A stretch of DNA of 40,011 bases from a virus (Duplodnaviria > Caudoviricetes), in IMG/VR virus record IMGVR_UViG_3300017700_000402, positions 1 to 40,011 of that record, one strand, 5' to 3'. Under the pieces are notes generated by a model, which searched no databases, was not told the origin of the DNA, and was given only the letters and a program-made list of their open reading frames with translations. This document shows, piece after piece, positions 17,955-27,049 of the stretch. Position numbers and translations under genes: made by a program. Position 1 is the stretch's first letter. Each line of letters starts with the position of its first letter.

Positions 17955-18389
17955 ATGAAGGCATGGGTTCCCGGTCATGATCAGGCAGTTGCGGAGTGGG
18001 CTTCGGCGCGAACAGGCTTCAACTTCTTTGCCATGTACTCCGCTTTTGGTATTGTCGGGGACGATGGTACATTGGAAGGCGCGGCCATCTTTTCGGACTA
18101 TTACCCAGGTGGAAACGTTGAACTGACCTATGTTGGGGCGGGCACATTAACGCGTGAAGTCATCAAGCAAATCGGGTACTATGCTTATCAAACGCTAGGC
18201 GTCTCTCGCATCACTGCCAAGACCCAGCGCCGGAACGCAACAGTATGTCGCTTGCTGCCGAAAGCCGGTTTCGAGTTCGAGTGCATCCAGAAACGGTACT
18301 ATGGACCGAACAAGGATGACGACGCAGTTGTGTATTCCCTCCCGATCAAGCGGGCGGAACGGTGGCTAAAGGGAATTTATAATGGGTAG
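17955..18389 (+). CDS. GNAT-fold virion assembly protein (P22 gp14/T7 gp13-like position)
   Basis: LG.SRITA, N....LL.KAGF.FE motifs; lies between nozzle and ejection genes. Confidence 0.75.
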   Translation: MKAWVPGHDQAVAEWASARTGFNFFAMYSAFGIVGDDGTLEGAAIFSDYYPGGNVELTYVGAGTLTREVIKQIGYYAYQTLGVSRITAKTQRRNATVCRLLPKAGFEFECIQKRYYGPNKDDDAVVYSLPIKRAERWLKGIYNG

Positions 18390-19332
18390 CGGTCCAACAC
18401 CTCCAGACGCTAATCAGGTCAATCAGCAGCAGTCGCAGAGCAATAAGGATACTGCCATTGCGCAGCAGAACCTTAGCCAAGTTGATCAGGTTACGCCCCT
18501 CGGTAGCCAAAAGTATACCCAGATCGGGACTAACGCTGATGGTACGCCTAAGTACCAGCTAACCACCTCTTTTAGCCCAGAGCAGCAGACCCTTTACAAC
18601 CAGTCTAACGCCAACCAACAGCAGATTGGGCAGATTGCCCAGCAGCAGGTCGGCCAGTTGGGTGGGCTCCTGGCACAGCCCTACAAGGATTATTCGCAGG
18701 ACCGTCAGAAGGTGGAAGATGCCCTTATGGGGCGCCTGAATACACAGTTTGATAAGGACCGTGGAAGCCTTGAACAGTCCCTGGCCAACAAGGGTATTAA
18801 GCAGGGCTCAGCGGCTGCTACCAATGCCTATGGCGACTTCAACCGCAGCGTTGCCGAAGGGCGAACCAGCGCTATCCTTGGCGCCGGTCAGGAGCAATCC
18901 CGCCTTTCGCAGCTAGAAATGGCGCAGCGAGGCCAGGGGATCAACGAGGTTCAGGCCCTTATGGGTGGGTCACAGGTCCAGATGCCCACGTTTGGCCAGA
19001 CGCAGGGCGCGGGCATCGCGCCAACTGACGTTAGCGGGAATATCTACAATTCCTACAATGCCCAAAAAGAACAAGACGACAAGTTCTGGAATGGTATGGG
19101 TTCTGTCGGCAGCGCTCTTGGCGGCTGGGCATTTTCAGATGAACGCCTAAAAACCGACAAGGAAAAGATTGGCGAGACACCGGGCGGCGTTGGCGTTTAC
19201 AACTACCGCATGAAGGGTTCGCCGGTTCAGCAGACAGGTTTCATGGCTCAAGATGTGCGGCGCAAGCAGCCTGAGAACGTCACCAAGACGCCTTCCGGTT
19301 TCCTAGCTGTTCGCTACCCAGGGGTTAGATAA
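18382..19332 (+). CDS. Ejection/pilot protein with C-terminal peptidase S74-like chaperone domain
   Basis: Gln-rich body, Q.TP.G; FSDERLKTD...VY.Y...GFMAQDV...V.Y. Confidence 0.75.
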   Translation: MGSGPTPPDANQVNQQQSQSNKDTAIAQQNLSQVDQVTPLGSQKYTQIGTNADGTPKYQLTTSFSPEQQTLYNQSNANQQQIGQIAQQQVGQLGGLLAQPYKDYSQDRQKVEDALMGRLNTQFDKDRGSLEQSLANKGIKQGSAAATNAYGDFNRSVAEGRTSAILGAGQEQSRLSQLEMAQRGQGINEVQALMGGSQVQMPTFGQTQGAGIAPTDVSGNIYNSYNAQKEQDDKFWNGMGSVGSALGGWAFSDERLKTDKEKIGETPGGVGVYNYRMKGSPVQQTGFMAQDVRRKQPENVTKTPSGFLAVRYPGVR

Positions 19333-20456
19333 TGGCTTTTATTCCCATCCCTATCAGTGCAAATTCCGGCTCGTATACTCCGGGAACGATTGATGCCCGG
19401 CGCAAGCTTGCTCAAAAGCTAATTGATGGTCAGGTCAAGGATCAGGGCTGGGGTGGCGCGCTTGCTAATACTCTCACTGGTGCGCGCTCGGGGTTTGAGC
19501 AGGACCAAGCCGCGCAGCAAGAGGCCGAAGGCACCGCCCGTTCTAGCAGGTTGTTTGCGGATGCCTTGTCTAGTGACAACCCGAACATGCAAGTTCTTGG
19601 GGCTGCCGCTGCTGATCCGTTCATTAGCCAAAACCAAGGCGCTATCGTTAATGCCCTTATCGGTAGAAGCGATCCCATCAATCAGCTCGCTCTAAAACAG
19701 GCGCAGCTTAACTATGATCAGGATTTGGCTGGTGTCGGCTCTGACGCTTCGATGCCCTCTAATGTGCAGGAATGGCAGTATTACAGCCAACTTCCACCAG
19801 ATGAGCAGTCGCAATATCTGACCATGAAGCGGTCTAATTCGCCTCTGAACATTGGAACTGGATTTGTTACGCAAGACCCAGCCAATCCCGGTCAGATCAT
19901 GGGCGAGGAAATCGCCATTGACAGTTTTAGCCCAGCGCAAGATGCCGCAATTGGCAAGGTCATTGGCGATGCTGCGGCTACGCGTATTCTTGAACTACCA
20001 AAGGTTCTTGCCCAATCGGACAATATGATTGGCTCTATCGATGGTATTTTGAACGATCCGGCGCTAGACAGTTCAACCGGCTGGCTTTCGTGGATGCAGG
20101 GCGTTCCTGGCAGCGAGCAGTACCGGTTTGGTCAGCGCGCTTTACAGCTTCAAGGTCAGGCATTCTTGCAGGCATTTGAGAGCATCAAGGGTGCAGGTCA
20201 GATTACCGAAGTTGAAGGTGCGAAGGCTACGCAGGCTATCGGCAGGCTGTCTACAGCACAGAGCCCGGAAGATTATCGTCAGTCTCTATCCGAGCTAAAG
20301 GGTATCATTGAAGCCGCTAGGCAGCGAACGCAAGACGCGGCTCGCTCCGTTACGTTGCCTCCCGGTTCGGCTATTCAGCCTACGGGAATGCCTCAGCAGG
20401 GCGCTCCACAGGGCGGCGGTGCTGTTGATTGGACTTCCATCGATTGGGGGCAGTAA
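19332..20456 (+). CDS. Internal virion/DNA ejection protein
   Basis: PSNVQEWQYY; FLQAFESIKGAGQITEVEG.KA motif. Confidence 0.7.
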   Translation: MAFIPIPISANSGSYTPGTIDARRKLAQKLIDGQVKDQGWGGALANTLTGARSGFEQDQAAQQEAEGTARSSRLFADALSSDNPNMQVLGAAAADPFISQNQGAIVNALIGRSDPINQLALKQAQLNYDQDLAGVGSDASMPSNVQEWQYYSQLPPDEQSQYLTMKRSNSPLNIGTGFVTQDPANPGQIMGEEIAIDSFSPAQDAAIGKVIGDAAATRILELPKVLAQSDNMIGSIDGILNDPALDSSTGWLSWMQGVPGSEQYRFGQRALQLQGQAFLQAFESIKGAGQITEVEGAKATQAIGRLSTAQSPEDYRQSLSELKGIIEAARQRTQDAARSVTLPPGSAIQPTGMPQQGAPQGGGAVDWTSIDWGQ

Positions 20457-22228
20457 TGCCAGTTATTAAGCTGCCAGATGGTCAGGCGGTAAACTTCCCC
20501 GATGATATGCCTATGGAGGAAATCAAGGCTCTTATCGAGCACAAGTTTCCTAACGAGGTGGCGCAGGCACGCCAGAGCGCTCAGGGAGGGCAGTCACAGC
20601 CGATGCAGGCTGCTCCTGCACCACCCCCCCAAATGCAGCCAGAGGCAACCCAAGCGCCCGCACAACGCGAGGGCCTGTTCCCTCAGTTTGCATCCGGCAT
20701 GACCGAAGGCGCTGCCAACTTCCTAAGCCTCCCTAACACGGTGGAAATGGGCCTGCGGTCTATTGGCCCCGCTATCGGGAACGCCATGGGCGGTGGTTTC
20801 GCATATCCAGAAAGTTCCATGCTGCCAGATGCTGGAGCCAGCCTGCGTAGTTTTGCCGATAATACCGGCGCAATGACCGAACCGACAAATGACATGGGTG
20901 GCCGAATGGTCCGCCGCATTGGTCAGGAAGTCGGCGGCAACATCGTGCCTATGGCCAGTACTGCTGGCGGCCTAGGCAGAAAGGCAGCGGAACTTGGACT
21001 TACGCTCGCTTCTGGGTCTGGCGCTGCTATTGCTAACCAGCTTGCCCCTGATAATCCTATTGCTGACATGGCTGGTCAAGCTGCTGGTTTTGCTACAGGC
21101 GCTGGCGCATTGGGCTTGGGTCGTAAGCTGATCACGCCAAACCCAATTAGCCCAGACCGGGCCGCTATGGTGGCCGCGCTCAAGAATGAGGGCATTGACT
21201 TAACTGCTGGCCAAACAACCGGTAGTGAGCGCCTAAAGGCTATGGAAAGTGAACTAGGAGGCAACACTGCCGCGACGTTCATGGACAAGCAAGGCGACCA
21301 GTTCACCAATGCGGCGCTTGACCGGATCGGCGTAACCGCCCCACGCGCTACCCCGGAAGTGCTGGACAGGGCATACCGAAACATTGGTAGCGAGTTCGAC
21401 CGTTTGGCGGCTAGTAGCTCTGTTCCCGTAGATCAGGCGTTTGTTGGTGATCTGAACAATACGGTAGCCAGCTACCAGAACCTGCTCGAAAGCAATGCTG
21501 CCCCTGCGGTTCAGAACTACATAGACGAGATTTTCGACCATGCGGCTAAGAGCCCTGCGGGCCAGCCGATGTTGTCTGGCGATCAATACCAGTCGCTGCG
21601 GTCGCGCATTGGCGCCGATATGCGCCGCACTACCAGTCCAGCCCTGCAAGACGCGCTAGGCGATATCCAGAGCGCTTTGGATGATGCTGTGGAGCGGTAT
21701 CTGTCTGTTGCCTCCCCTGATGACATTCCCGCGTGGAAAGAGGTCAGGAACCAATACCGTAACTTCTTGGTAATTGAAAAGGCTGCGGCTGGTGCTGGCG
21801 AAAAGACCGCTCAGGGCATTCTAAGCCCCGCCCAAATCCGTAATGCCATCGTTCAGCAGAGCAAGCGCGGATATGTACGCGGTATGGGTGATTTTGCTGA
21901 TTTGGCTAGAAACGCCACAGCTACAATGACACCCCTACCAAATTCGGGGACAGCGCAGCGTACTGCCGCGCAAAATATCGTTGCCAGTGTCCCCACGATT
22001 GCGGGCACGTTGATGGGTACGGCGGTTGGCGGCGGAAATCCTTACGCAGCTATTGCAGGCGGCGTGGCTGGTGCCGCAATCCCAAGACAACTTGGCAATG
22101 CCATTCTAAGCCCTGTTGGCAGAAAATACCTGACCAACCAGCTAATTCAGCCCGGCCCCGGCTATTCCGGAAATGTCAATAATCTTCTAGCCCGCGCGCT
22201 TACTGCTCAGGGTGGTAATGATCAATGA
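20456..22228 (+). CDS. Internal virion/DNA ejection protein (P22 gp16-like)
   Basis: LPDG..V.FPD start, LTAGQ.TG and PNSGTAQR motifs; TAATG coupling at 20456. Confidence 0.7.
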   Translation: MPVIKLPDGQAVNFPDDMPMEEIKALIEHKFPNEVAQARQSAQGGQSQPMQAAPAPPPQMQPEATQAPAQREGLFPQFASGMTEGAANFLSLPNTVEMGLRSIGPAIGNAMGGGFAYPESSMLPDAGASLRSFADNTGAMTEPTNDMGGRMVRRIGQEVGGNIVPMASTAGGLGRKAAELGLTLASGSGAAIANQLAPDNPIADMAGQAAGFATGAGALGLGRKLITPNPISPDRAAMVAALKNEGIDLTAGQTTGSERLKAMESELGGNTAATFMDKQGDQFTNAALDRIGVTAPRATPEVLDRAYRNIGSEFDRLAASSSVPVDQAFVGDLNNTVASYQNLLESNAAPAVQNYIDEIFDHAAKSPAGQPMLSGDQYQSLRSRIGADMRRTTSPALQDALGDIQSALDDAVERYLSVASPDDIPAWKEVRNQYRNFLVIEKAAAGAGEKTAQGILSPAQIRNAIVQQSKRGYVRGMGDFADLARNATATMTPLPNSGTAQRTAAQNIVASVPTIAGTLMGTAVGGGNPYAAIAGGVAGAAIPRQLGNAILSPVGRKYLTNQLIQPGPGYSGNVNNLLARALTAQGGNDQ

Positions 22229-22353
22229 CCAAGCCATCCCAGAACGGTCATTACAGCTTCGCCAGTGTACCAGCCTTGAGCGCCTGCGATGACGCTGATA
22301 ACAGCCCACATCGACAGATAGAACACCCAATCGCCTACGGTTTTGACTTCCAT
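22222..22353 (-). CDS. Antisense 43-aa membrane peptide (candidate superinfection exclusion)
   Basis: MEVKTVGDWVFYLSMWAVISVIAGAQGWYTGEAVMTVLGWLGH; GGAGG SD; own promoter. Confidence 0.75.
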   Translation of the reverse strand: MEVKTVGDWVFYLSMWAVISVIAGAQGWYTGEAVMTVLGWLGH

Positions 22354-22377
22354 GATTTTACCCTCCAGAGTTTTGGC

Positions 22378-22406
22378 ACTATCCCGCAACACGTAGGTTA
22401 CGTCAA
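22378..22406 (-). promoter_or_regulatory. Sigma70 promoter for the antisense peptide
   Basis: TTGACG(22406-22401)-17bp-GATAGT(22383-22378). Confidence 0.7.
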
Positions 22407-24127
22407 TGGCCGATGAACTGACGCCGTATCAGCGCGACATTCTCATCAAGACAATCCTTGGCGAAGCGCGCGGAGAGGGCACTACCGGCATGGCGGCGGT
22501 GGCTCACAATATCCTGAACCGCGCCAAGTCTGGTCGTTATCCTAGCGATCCTGCCGAAGTGGCTTTGGAGCCAAAGCAGTATTCCACCTGGAACAGCGGC
22601 GAAGGCGGGAATAATCCCGGCCAATTCAAGCCCGGATCAAAAGCCTATGAAACGGCTGCTCAGGTGCTGGAACGAGTTGTCGGCGGGGAAATCCCCGACA
22701 TGACGGGCGGTGCATTACAGTATCACGCCAAGAGCGTAACGCCATATTGGGCTGATGAAGCCAACACGAATGGTTCACTCAGGGTTGGTAATCATGTGTT
22801 TTATCCAACTCACCCTGTTCCTCCTGGCGATATTCCAAACACGGTAGGTACTCAGCTAGACGTTCAGCGAACAGCCCCCACGCCTGCACAGCAATCCTTG
22901 CCAATGACAGCGCTAAGAGCCAATACGAGCCCTGGCGGCGGCAATGACGCACTCCAGGCCGCACTCAATCGTATGGCTACGGTAAAGGGCAATCAGGTCA
23001 CGCCAGCCGATGCCTTTGACCGGGTAACAGCACGTAACAAGGCGCCTGCTTTCTCAGCCTCCGACATGACGCGGGGCAGTGAGCCGCAAACCCGCAACGT
23101 CGCCACGACCATTGCAAGCATTCCAAGTACGCAACCTGCTAGTGCTTCTGACATGGTTAGGGGCCGCAGCGGCATTAGCACGGTTGCGACCATTCCCAGC
23201 GTTCGCCCTAGCGCTTCCGACATGGTGCGGGGGCGCAGTGCTTCTCCGTCTACGCAGTCGCTCCTATCGCCCGGCGCTGTTGATGCGTCTGTGACCAGTC
23301 TAAAGACTGATCCGGCACTTGATGCAGCCATGAAGCGTTTGCAGGCGCAAAAGCAGGCTGTTGCATCCGACAAGGTACGCGGCAATGAAATGCAGACGCG
23401 GGAAGTAGCGCAGACCATTGCGACCATTCCCAGCAAGCCGCAGATCAGTGCATCGGATATGGCGCGCGGCAACTCGCTCAATACGCCAGCAGTGATGACC
23501 GAAAGGGACATTGGTGGATGGGGCAAGAGCCCGTCCGGCATGGTGTTCAACAACGGCGCGCCTGTTCCCGAACGTCTGCTTCCGCCCATCAACAATTCGG
23601 CTCCAGAGCGTCTAACGGCGCAGGCAATGGGCATGAATGCACAGACCGGCCTTCCAACCTTCGGGATTGCCAGCCAGTTGCAGAAGGGTGCGCCTGCCAT
23701 CCAAAGCGGCGGCGTTTCGCGTGATGGCCTGACCAATCGGCTTATGGGCATGAACACGCCGTCAATGCAGTCTGCGCCGGTCACGGCGGCCCGTATAGCG
23801 CCATCGCCTATGATGAGGCAACAGCAGCAGGTTCAGACCGCGAGGCCCGTCCAGACGCTTGCCCGCGCCCTACAGGCCCCCACGCGCATTGTGATAAATG
23901 GCGGAAATGTTCAGTCTCAACAGGCGCCTATTATCGGCACGGCAACCGGACGCGCCTATGTCCCTGGCCAGCAATATCAGACCTCGCACGGCACGGTTAC
24001 GGCCTCTGGAGGCGGCTTCATTGATGACAGCACAGGCAAGAGTTCAGGCCATAATACCTATGGCGGATTGAAGTATGACCCTGATGGTGGACCCTCTGGT
24101 TCAGGTGGTTATGTTCGTGTTCGTTAA
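22406..24127 (+). CDS. Virion-associated cell wall hydrolase (SleB/Hydrolase_2 N-domain) with long low-complexity tail
   Basis: TILGEARGEG..GM.AVA..ILNR, QYS.WN, GALQYH, PYWA, VGNHVFY. Confidence 0.85.
   Translation: MADELTPYQRDILIKTILGEARGEGTTGMAAVAHNILNRAKSGRYPSDPAEVALEPKQYSTWNSGEGGNNPGQFKPGSKAYETAAQVLERVVGGEIPDMTGGALQYHAKSVTPYWADEANTNGSLRVGNHVFYPTHPVPPGDIPNTVGTQLDVQRTAPTPAQQSLPMTALRANTSPGGGNDALQAALNRMATVKGNQVTPADAFDRVTARNKAPAFSASDMTRGSEPQTRNVATTIASIPSTQPASASDMVRGRSGISTVATIPSVRPSASDMVRGRSASPSTQSLLSPGAVDASVTSLKTDPALDAAMKRLQAQKQAVASDKVRGNEMQTREVAQTIATIPSKPQISASDMARGNSLNTPAVMTERDIGGWGKSPSGMVFNNGAPVPERLLPPINNSAPERLTAQAMGMNAQTGLPTFGIASQLQKGAPAIQSGGVSRDGLTNRLMGMNTPSMQSAPVTAARIAPSPMMRQQQQVQTARPVQTLARALQAPTRIVINGGNVQSQQAPIIGTATGRAYVPGQQYQTSHGTVTASGGGFIDDSTGKSSGHNTYGGLKYDPDGGPSGSGGYVRVR
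23050..23475 (+). repeat. Five degenerate SASDMxRG peptide repeats
   Basis: SASDMTRG, SASDMVRG x2, VASDKVRG, SASDMARG; ttgcgaccattcccagc occurs twice. Confidence 0.8.
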
Positions 24128-24192
24128 CTCTATGAATAATGGCCGAACGGCTGTAGAATTGAAAGCAGGTTTACAGATGACGGATATTCACG

Positions 24193-25689
24193 ATGCCTAG
24201 GTCTGGCGGCGGCACTGGCCCATACCAACTTCCTGCGATTTATCTTGCCATCCCCGGCACGACCATTCTTGCCACTCAGCACAATACGCCGCTGGAGGAC
24301 ATCGCCAACGAGTTTAACCAGCCGTACCCGATTGCGTATGGCGGTACGTTTGGCGATACGGCTGTAACCGGCGCGGATAATCTCAGCACTAATGCCACGG
24401 TAGCATCATCGACAACCACTGATCTTGCGAACGCAACGGGCGTCAATGTCACTATCACTGGCACGACGACTATTACTGGATTGGGCTCTACGGCGGTTGC
24501 CGGGGCCAAGCGGTGGGTGACGTTTTCCGATATTCTAATTCTGACGCACAACGCTACGTCTCTCATTCTGCCCGGTGGAGCCAACATCACGACTGCGGCG
24601 GGTGACACGGCACTGTTTGAGAATGAGGGTGGCGGAAATTGGCGCTGCTTGTTCTACACGCGCGCTACCGGATACCCGGTTGTTATTGACCCCAACATTG
24701 CTTCTACGGTCGATACCCGCCGCCAACGCATCGTTAATGGCGACATGCGGGTGTCTCAGGAAAACGGCACAACGTCAGGCACGACTAACGGTTATTACCC
24801 TGTCGATCAGTGGGCACAGTATCGCGTCACTTCGGCAGGTACGCTTACCGTTGCTCAGGTGGCCTCTGTAACGCCCGCTGGCTCCCCTAATCGCCTCCGC
24901 GCCACCGTAACCGTAGCAGACGCCACTCTGGCCGCTGGTGAGTATTGGACGCTAACGCAGAACCTTGAGGGCTCCAACGTTGCCGACTTCCAGTATGGCG
25001 GCGCATCAGCAAAGGCTGCCGTGCTGCGCTTCGGTTTCAAAGGCCCGGCTGGCACTTATGCGGCTCGTGTCGGCAATAGCGCGGCTAACCGTTCATTCGT
25101 AGCCCTCTTTACCATCACAGCCCCGCAGGCCAATACCGATACCGTCCAGACGATTGCCATCACAGGCGATACGACCGGCACATGGCTTACGGCGGATGGT
25201 GTGATTGGCATTACGCTGGAAATCGTGTTGGCTTGCGGTTCCACCTTTCAGGGAACTACAGGCTGGCAGTCTGGGCTTATCCTTGGCACCAGCGCTGTTA
25301 CCAACGGCATGGCAACGGGCGGGTCAGTGTTTGAGCTGTTTGACGTTGGCCTCAAGCTCGATCCTGACGCTACCGGCGTTTATGGGGTTTTTGAGATTGG
25401 GTACACGGATGCGAAGTTTTACCCGCGTAGGTATTGGAGGCTTGAACAGTCTGCGTATTATGGGTCCGTCGATATTACGGGTGGCCAAGGCTGTCATTCT
25501 CAGTACGAAATGGCCAAAATCCCAACTGGAGCCTTTGTCTCTAGTGTCACTGCTGGTGGTTTCCCGGCAACCGCTGGGTTTTTTCTGGATATTTCAGCAA
25601 TTGGGGCGACGTATTTCAAGGTTGCGAACATATCTGCATCAAATCAGGCATTCGTTGATATCATATCATTTAACGCGAGGCTCTCATGA
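24193..25689 (+). CDS. Tail fibre protein
   Basis: MPRSG.G.Y.LP...GTTI...HN..L.DIA anchor; LTHNATSLILPGGANITTAAGD; IVNGDMRVSQ domain. Confidence 0.85.
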   Translation: MPRSGGGTGPYQLPAIYLAIPGTTILATQHNTPLEDIANEFNQPYPIAYGGTFGDTAVTGADNLSTNATVASSTTTDLANATGVNVTITGTTTITGLGSTAVAGAKRWVTFSDILILTHNATSLILPGGANITTAAGDTALFENEGGGNWRCLFYTRATGYPVVIDPNIASTVDTRRQRIVNGDMRVSQENGTTSGTTNGYYPVDQWAQYRVTSAGTLTVAQVASVTPAGSPNRLRATVTVADATLAAGEYWTLTQNLEGSNVADFQYGGASAKAAVLRFGFKGPAGTYAARVGNSAANRSFVALFTITAPQANTDTVQTIAITGDTTGTWLTADGVIGITLEIVLACGSTFQGTTGWQSGLILGTSAVTNGMATGGSVFELFDVGLKLDPDATGVYGVFEIGYTDAKFYPRRYWRLEQSAYYGSVDITGGQGCHSQYEMAKIPTGAFVSSVTAGGFPATAGFFLDISAIGATYFKVANISASNQAFVDIISFNARLS

Positions 25690-25717
25690 TCTTTGGCTGT
25701 AACTCTGGCAGGATGGC

Positions 25718-27049
25718 GTGATGGCATTGCATTCGCCATCAACGCTGAAAAAATCAGATCAAGCATACCTGTCCCTCCGTTCGTCCGAGAGTGGTCCACC
25801 CCATGGGCCTGTTGAGACAGAGGCATTCGAGTTCAAGGGCGATCTGGTTACCATCACAGCCATTGCACCAAGTGGCACGTATTCAGGGTATTTCCGCGTT
25901 GACAACGGATTGCAGCGCCCCATGACTTGGGTTGCGGCTCCTGACATGTCCTACCCGTGCGTCCATGTCGAAGATGGCATTGTGTTCGTATATGGCAGCA
26001 GCCTTGACCATCAGCGTATTTTGATGATGTGGAGTACTGATCTGGTCAATTGGTCCGCGCCAGAGGTCGTGTTTTCTGCAACGGCTGGCATGGGATTTTA
26101 TAATACCTCTATCGCCAAGCATACCATGTCGGGCACTTACCGCATGGTTGTGGAAACGACCGACCCGGCATACCCATCTAATCCATTCGTCCTTCATCTG
26201 TTGTCGGCAACCAATCCTAAAAACTGGTCAATTCTGCCGCCAGTTTTCAAGAACGATCTTTACGTCAATTGCCCGATGATCCGCTATGTGGGCGATGTGC
26301 TCTATATGGCCTTCATGGAATGGACAGGAAGCCAGCACGTTACGTTCATTGCCCGGTCTTTTGACAAGGGCGTGACTTGGGAACGCGGCCTTGGCGCTGA
26401 TGGCCAAACCGCTGCTCTTGTGCCTATCGCTGGCGAGGGCAATAACAATTCCGACATGACGCTGTGTGAGTTCAAGGGGCAGACCTATATCCTGTACGGT
26501 CGCGGCGATCAGACCGCTTGGCTTGATTGCGTCAGTGCCGTTTGGCCGGGGACGATGAAAGCCTATTTCGAGCAGTTCTTCCCCAATGCCCCTACGTCTC
26601 CAGCGCCCGCCAATCTGATCCCGCTCATGACAGGCGAGACTACTAGCGGTGTTACGATCACAGCAAGTAGCGTACACGCTGGTATCTTTGTTCCCTGGTA
26701 TGCTGGTGATCGTGACCAGACCACCTTCTGGCATTGCGCCGACACTAATGCTTATCCGCATTGGTTACAGGTGGGGTTTGCGGCTCCGCACTCAGTCACT
26801 GCGTACTCTATCAAGGCCCGTAGTGGGTTGCCTGAACAGGGGCCTAAGAACTTCACGTTTCAGGGCTATAACGGTGCGGATTGGGTATCGCTCGATACAC
26901 AGACGAACCAAAGCTATACGAACGGCGTAGCAAAGACGTTTACGCTTTCATCCTCAGCCTCTTATGCGCAGTTCAGGCTGCTGGTTTCTGCCAATTTTGA
27001 GGGCTCGGCAAACCTGTCTATCGCTGAAATAGAGGTCGTTGGAACATGA
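25718..27049 (+). CDS. Glycosidase-like beta-propeller + F5/8 type C (CBM32/discoidin) protein; putative receptor-binding/depolymerase
   Basis: Asp-boxes STDLVNW and SFDKGVTW; C-domain ITASS, T.WH, PHWLQV.F, PKNFTFQG....W..LD, Y..FRL, IAEIE. Confidence 0.7.
   Translation: MMALHSPSTLKKSDQAYLSLRSSESGPPHGPVETEAFEFKGDLVTITAIAPSGTYSGYFRVDNGLQRPMTWVAAPDMSYPCVHVEDGIVFVYGSSLDHQRILMMWSTDLVNWSAPEVVFSATAGMGFYNTSIAKHTMSGTYRMVVETTDPAYPSNPFVLHLLSATNPKNWSILPPVFKNDLYVNCPMIRYVGDVLYMAFMEWTGSQHVTFIARSFDKGVTWERGLGADGQTAALVPIAGEGNNNSDMTLCEFKGQTYILYGRGDQTAWLDCVSAVWPGTMKAYFEQFFPNAPTSPAPANLIPLMTGETTSGVTITASSVHAGIFVPWYAGDRDQTTFWHCADTNAYPHWLQVGFAAPHSVTAYSIKARSGLPEQGPKNFTFQGYNGADWVSLDTQTNQSYTNGVAKTFTLSSSASYAQFRLLVSANFEGSANLSIAEIEVVGT

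Noticed and set aside
17287-17955. Group I intron carrying the HNH
   Set aside because: Both flanking genes look complete, the HNH is antisense, and only 65 bp are non-coding, leaving no room for a ribozyme core
22225-22416. Plus-strand 63-aa ORF from the track
   Set aside because: Unconvincing protein; the minus-strand 43-aa ORF has a promoter, a strong SD and a coherent TM sequence
23050-23475. CRISPR-like array
   Set aside because: The repeats are degenerate at synonymous positions, irregularly spaced and in frame, so they are protein repeats
7835-23784. Long alternative-frame or antisense ORFs in the structural region (e.g. 7852-8517, 16434-17162, 22993-23784)
   Set aside because: Shadows of codon-biased genes with no SD or recognisable motifs
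24193-27049. Diversity-generating retroelement acting on the tail fibre
   Set aside because: No reverse transcriptase and no second copy (TR/VR pair) of either C-terminus found
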